Assembly: GCA_947302765.1 (NCBI GenBank)
Contig: CAMYWN010000001.1
Span: 1 to 49,110, forward strand
DNA length: 49,110 nt
From: an uncultured Candidatus Saccharibacteria bacterium
Lineage (GTDB): Bacteria; Patescibacteriota; Saccharimonadia; Saccharimonadales; Saccharimonadaceae
Reading direction: 5' to 3'
Part shown: positions 48,892-49,110 of the stretch, in pieces
Position numbering within the stretch: position 1 is the stretch's first letter
How the letters are laid out: each line of letters opens with the position of its first letter
Translations under genes and position numbers: made by a program
The notes under the pieces: model-generated
What the model was told of the DNA's origin: nothing
What the model saw: the letters and a program-made list of their open reading frames with translations, nothing else
Database searches by the model: none

Positions 48892-49110
48892 GGTGCGGGC
48901 TTTGCTATTGGGTGTGTGTAGTCTCGATTGGGTGTAGTAAGGATTAATTTTGCACGTACGAGATTAGCTTTTGGGGTTAATAGACGCTTTGTTGGTACTT
49001 ACGCCTCTGTTTTTCCAGAAAAGAGAATTTGTGCGGATCTTCTCTTGACAATCCACGGGGAGACAATATGTAGCGACACTACAGTTTGCAGAGTCGGTGA
49101 TTTGCCTGTA

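Noticed and set aside
48892..49110. Partial minus-strand CDS at the window end
   Set aside because: More than one frame is open for a short stretch and none is recognisable.

Overview
Bacterial chromosomal window spanning the replication-origin region (recF-dnaN-[oriC]-dnaA divergent from rpmH-rnpA-yidC-jag). The compact gene set, shortened Mur ligases, HTH-only LexA, FISUMP/InlB-B-repeat surface protein and pervasive leaderless promoter architecture suggest a Patescibacteria/Saccharibacteria-like genome (inference, no database search). Left arm: valS (runs off the window), HIT, PAP2, a possibly frameshifted HEXXH protein, three tRNAs (Arg-GCG, Ser-CGA, Ser-GGA), Nudix, folC, Mur ligases, a MacB-like ABC pair and an RlmD-like methyltransferase. 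Right arm: LCP, truncated LexA, CotH, a surface-glycan locus (glycosyltransferases, acyltransferase, galE, wzm/wzt, gtrA), a FISUMP surface protein, uvrA, a TylF-like methyltransferase and ackA. Most notable signals: (1) ~180-nt highly structured units that follow two different tRNAs and end in a copy of the tRNA 3' end, one as a perfect 2x183-bp tandem; (2) a FISUMP gene whose 3' end looks like a DGR variable region with no RT or template in the window, on a compositionally distinct cassette; (3) an array of DnaA-box-like 9-mers inside an in-frame insertion of the TylF-like gene; (4) a nested palindromic element inserted in frame in valS. All product calls come from motif recognition by eye; all counts are manual.
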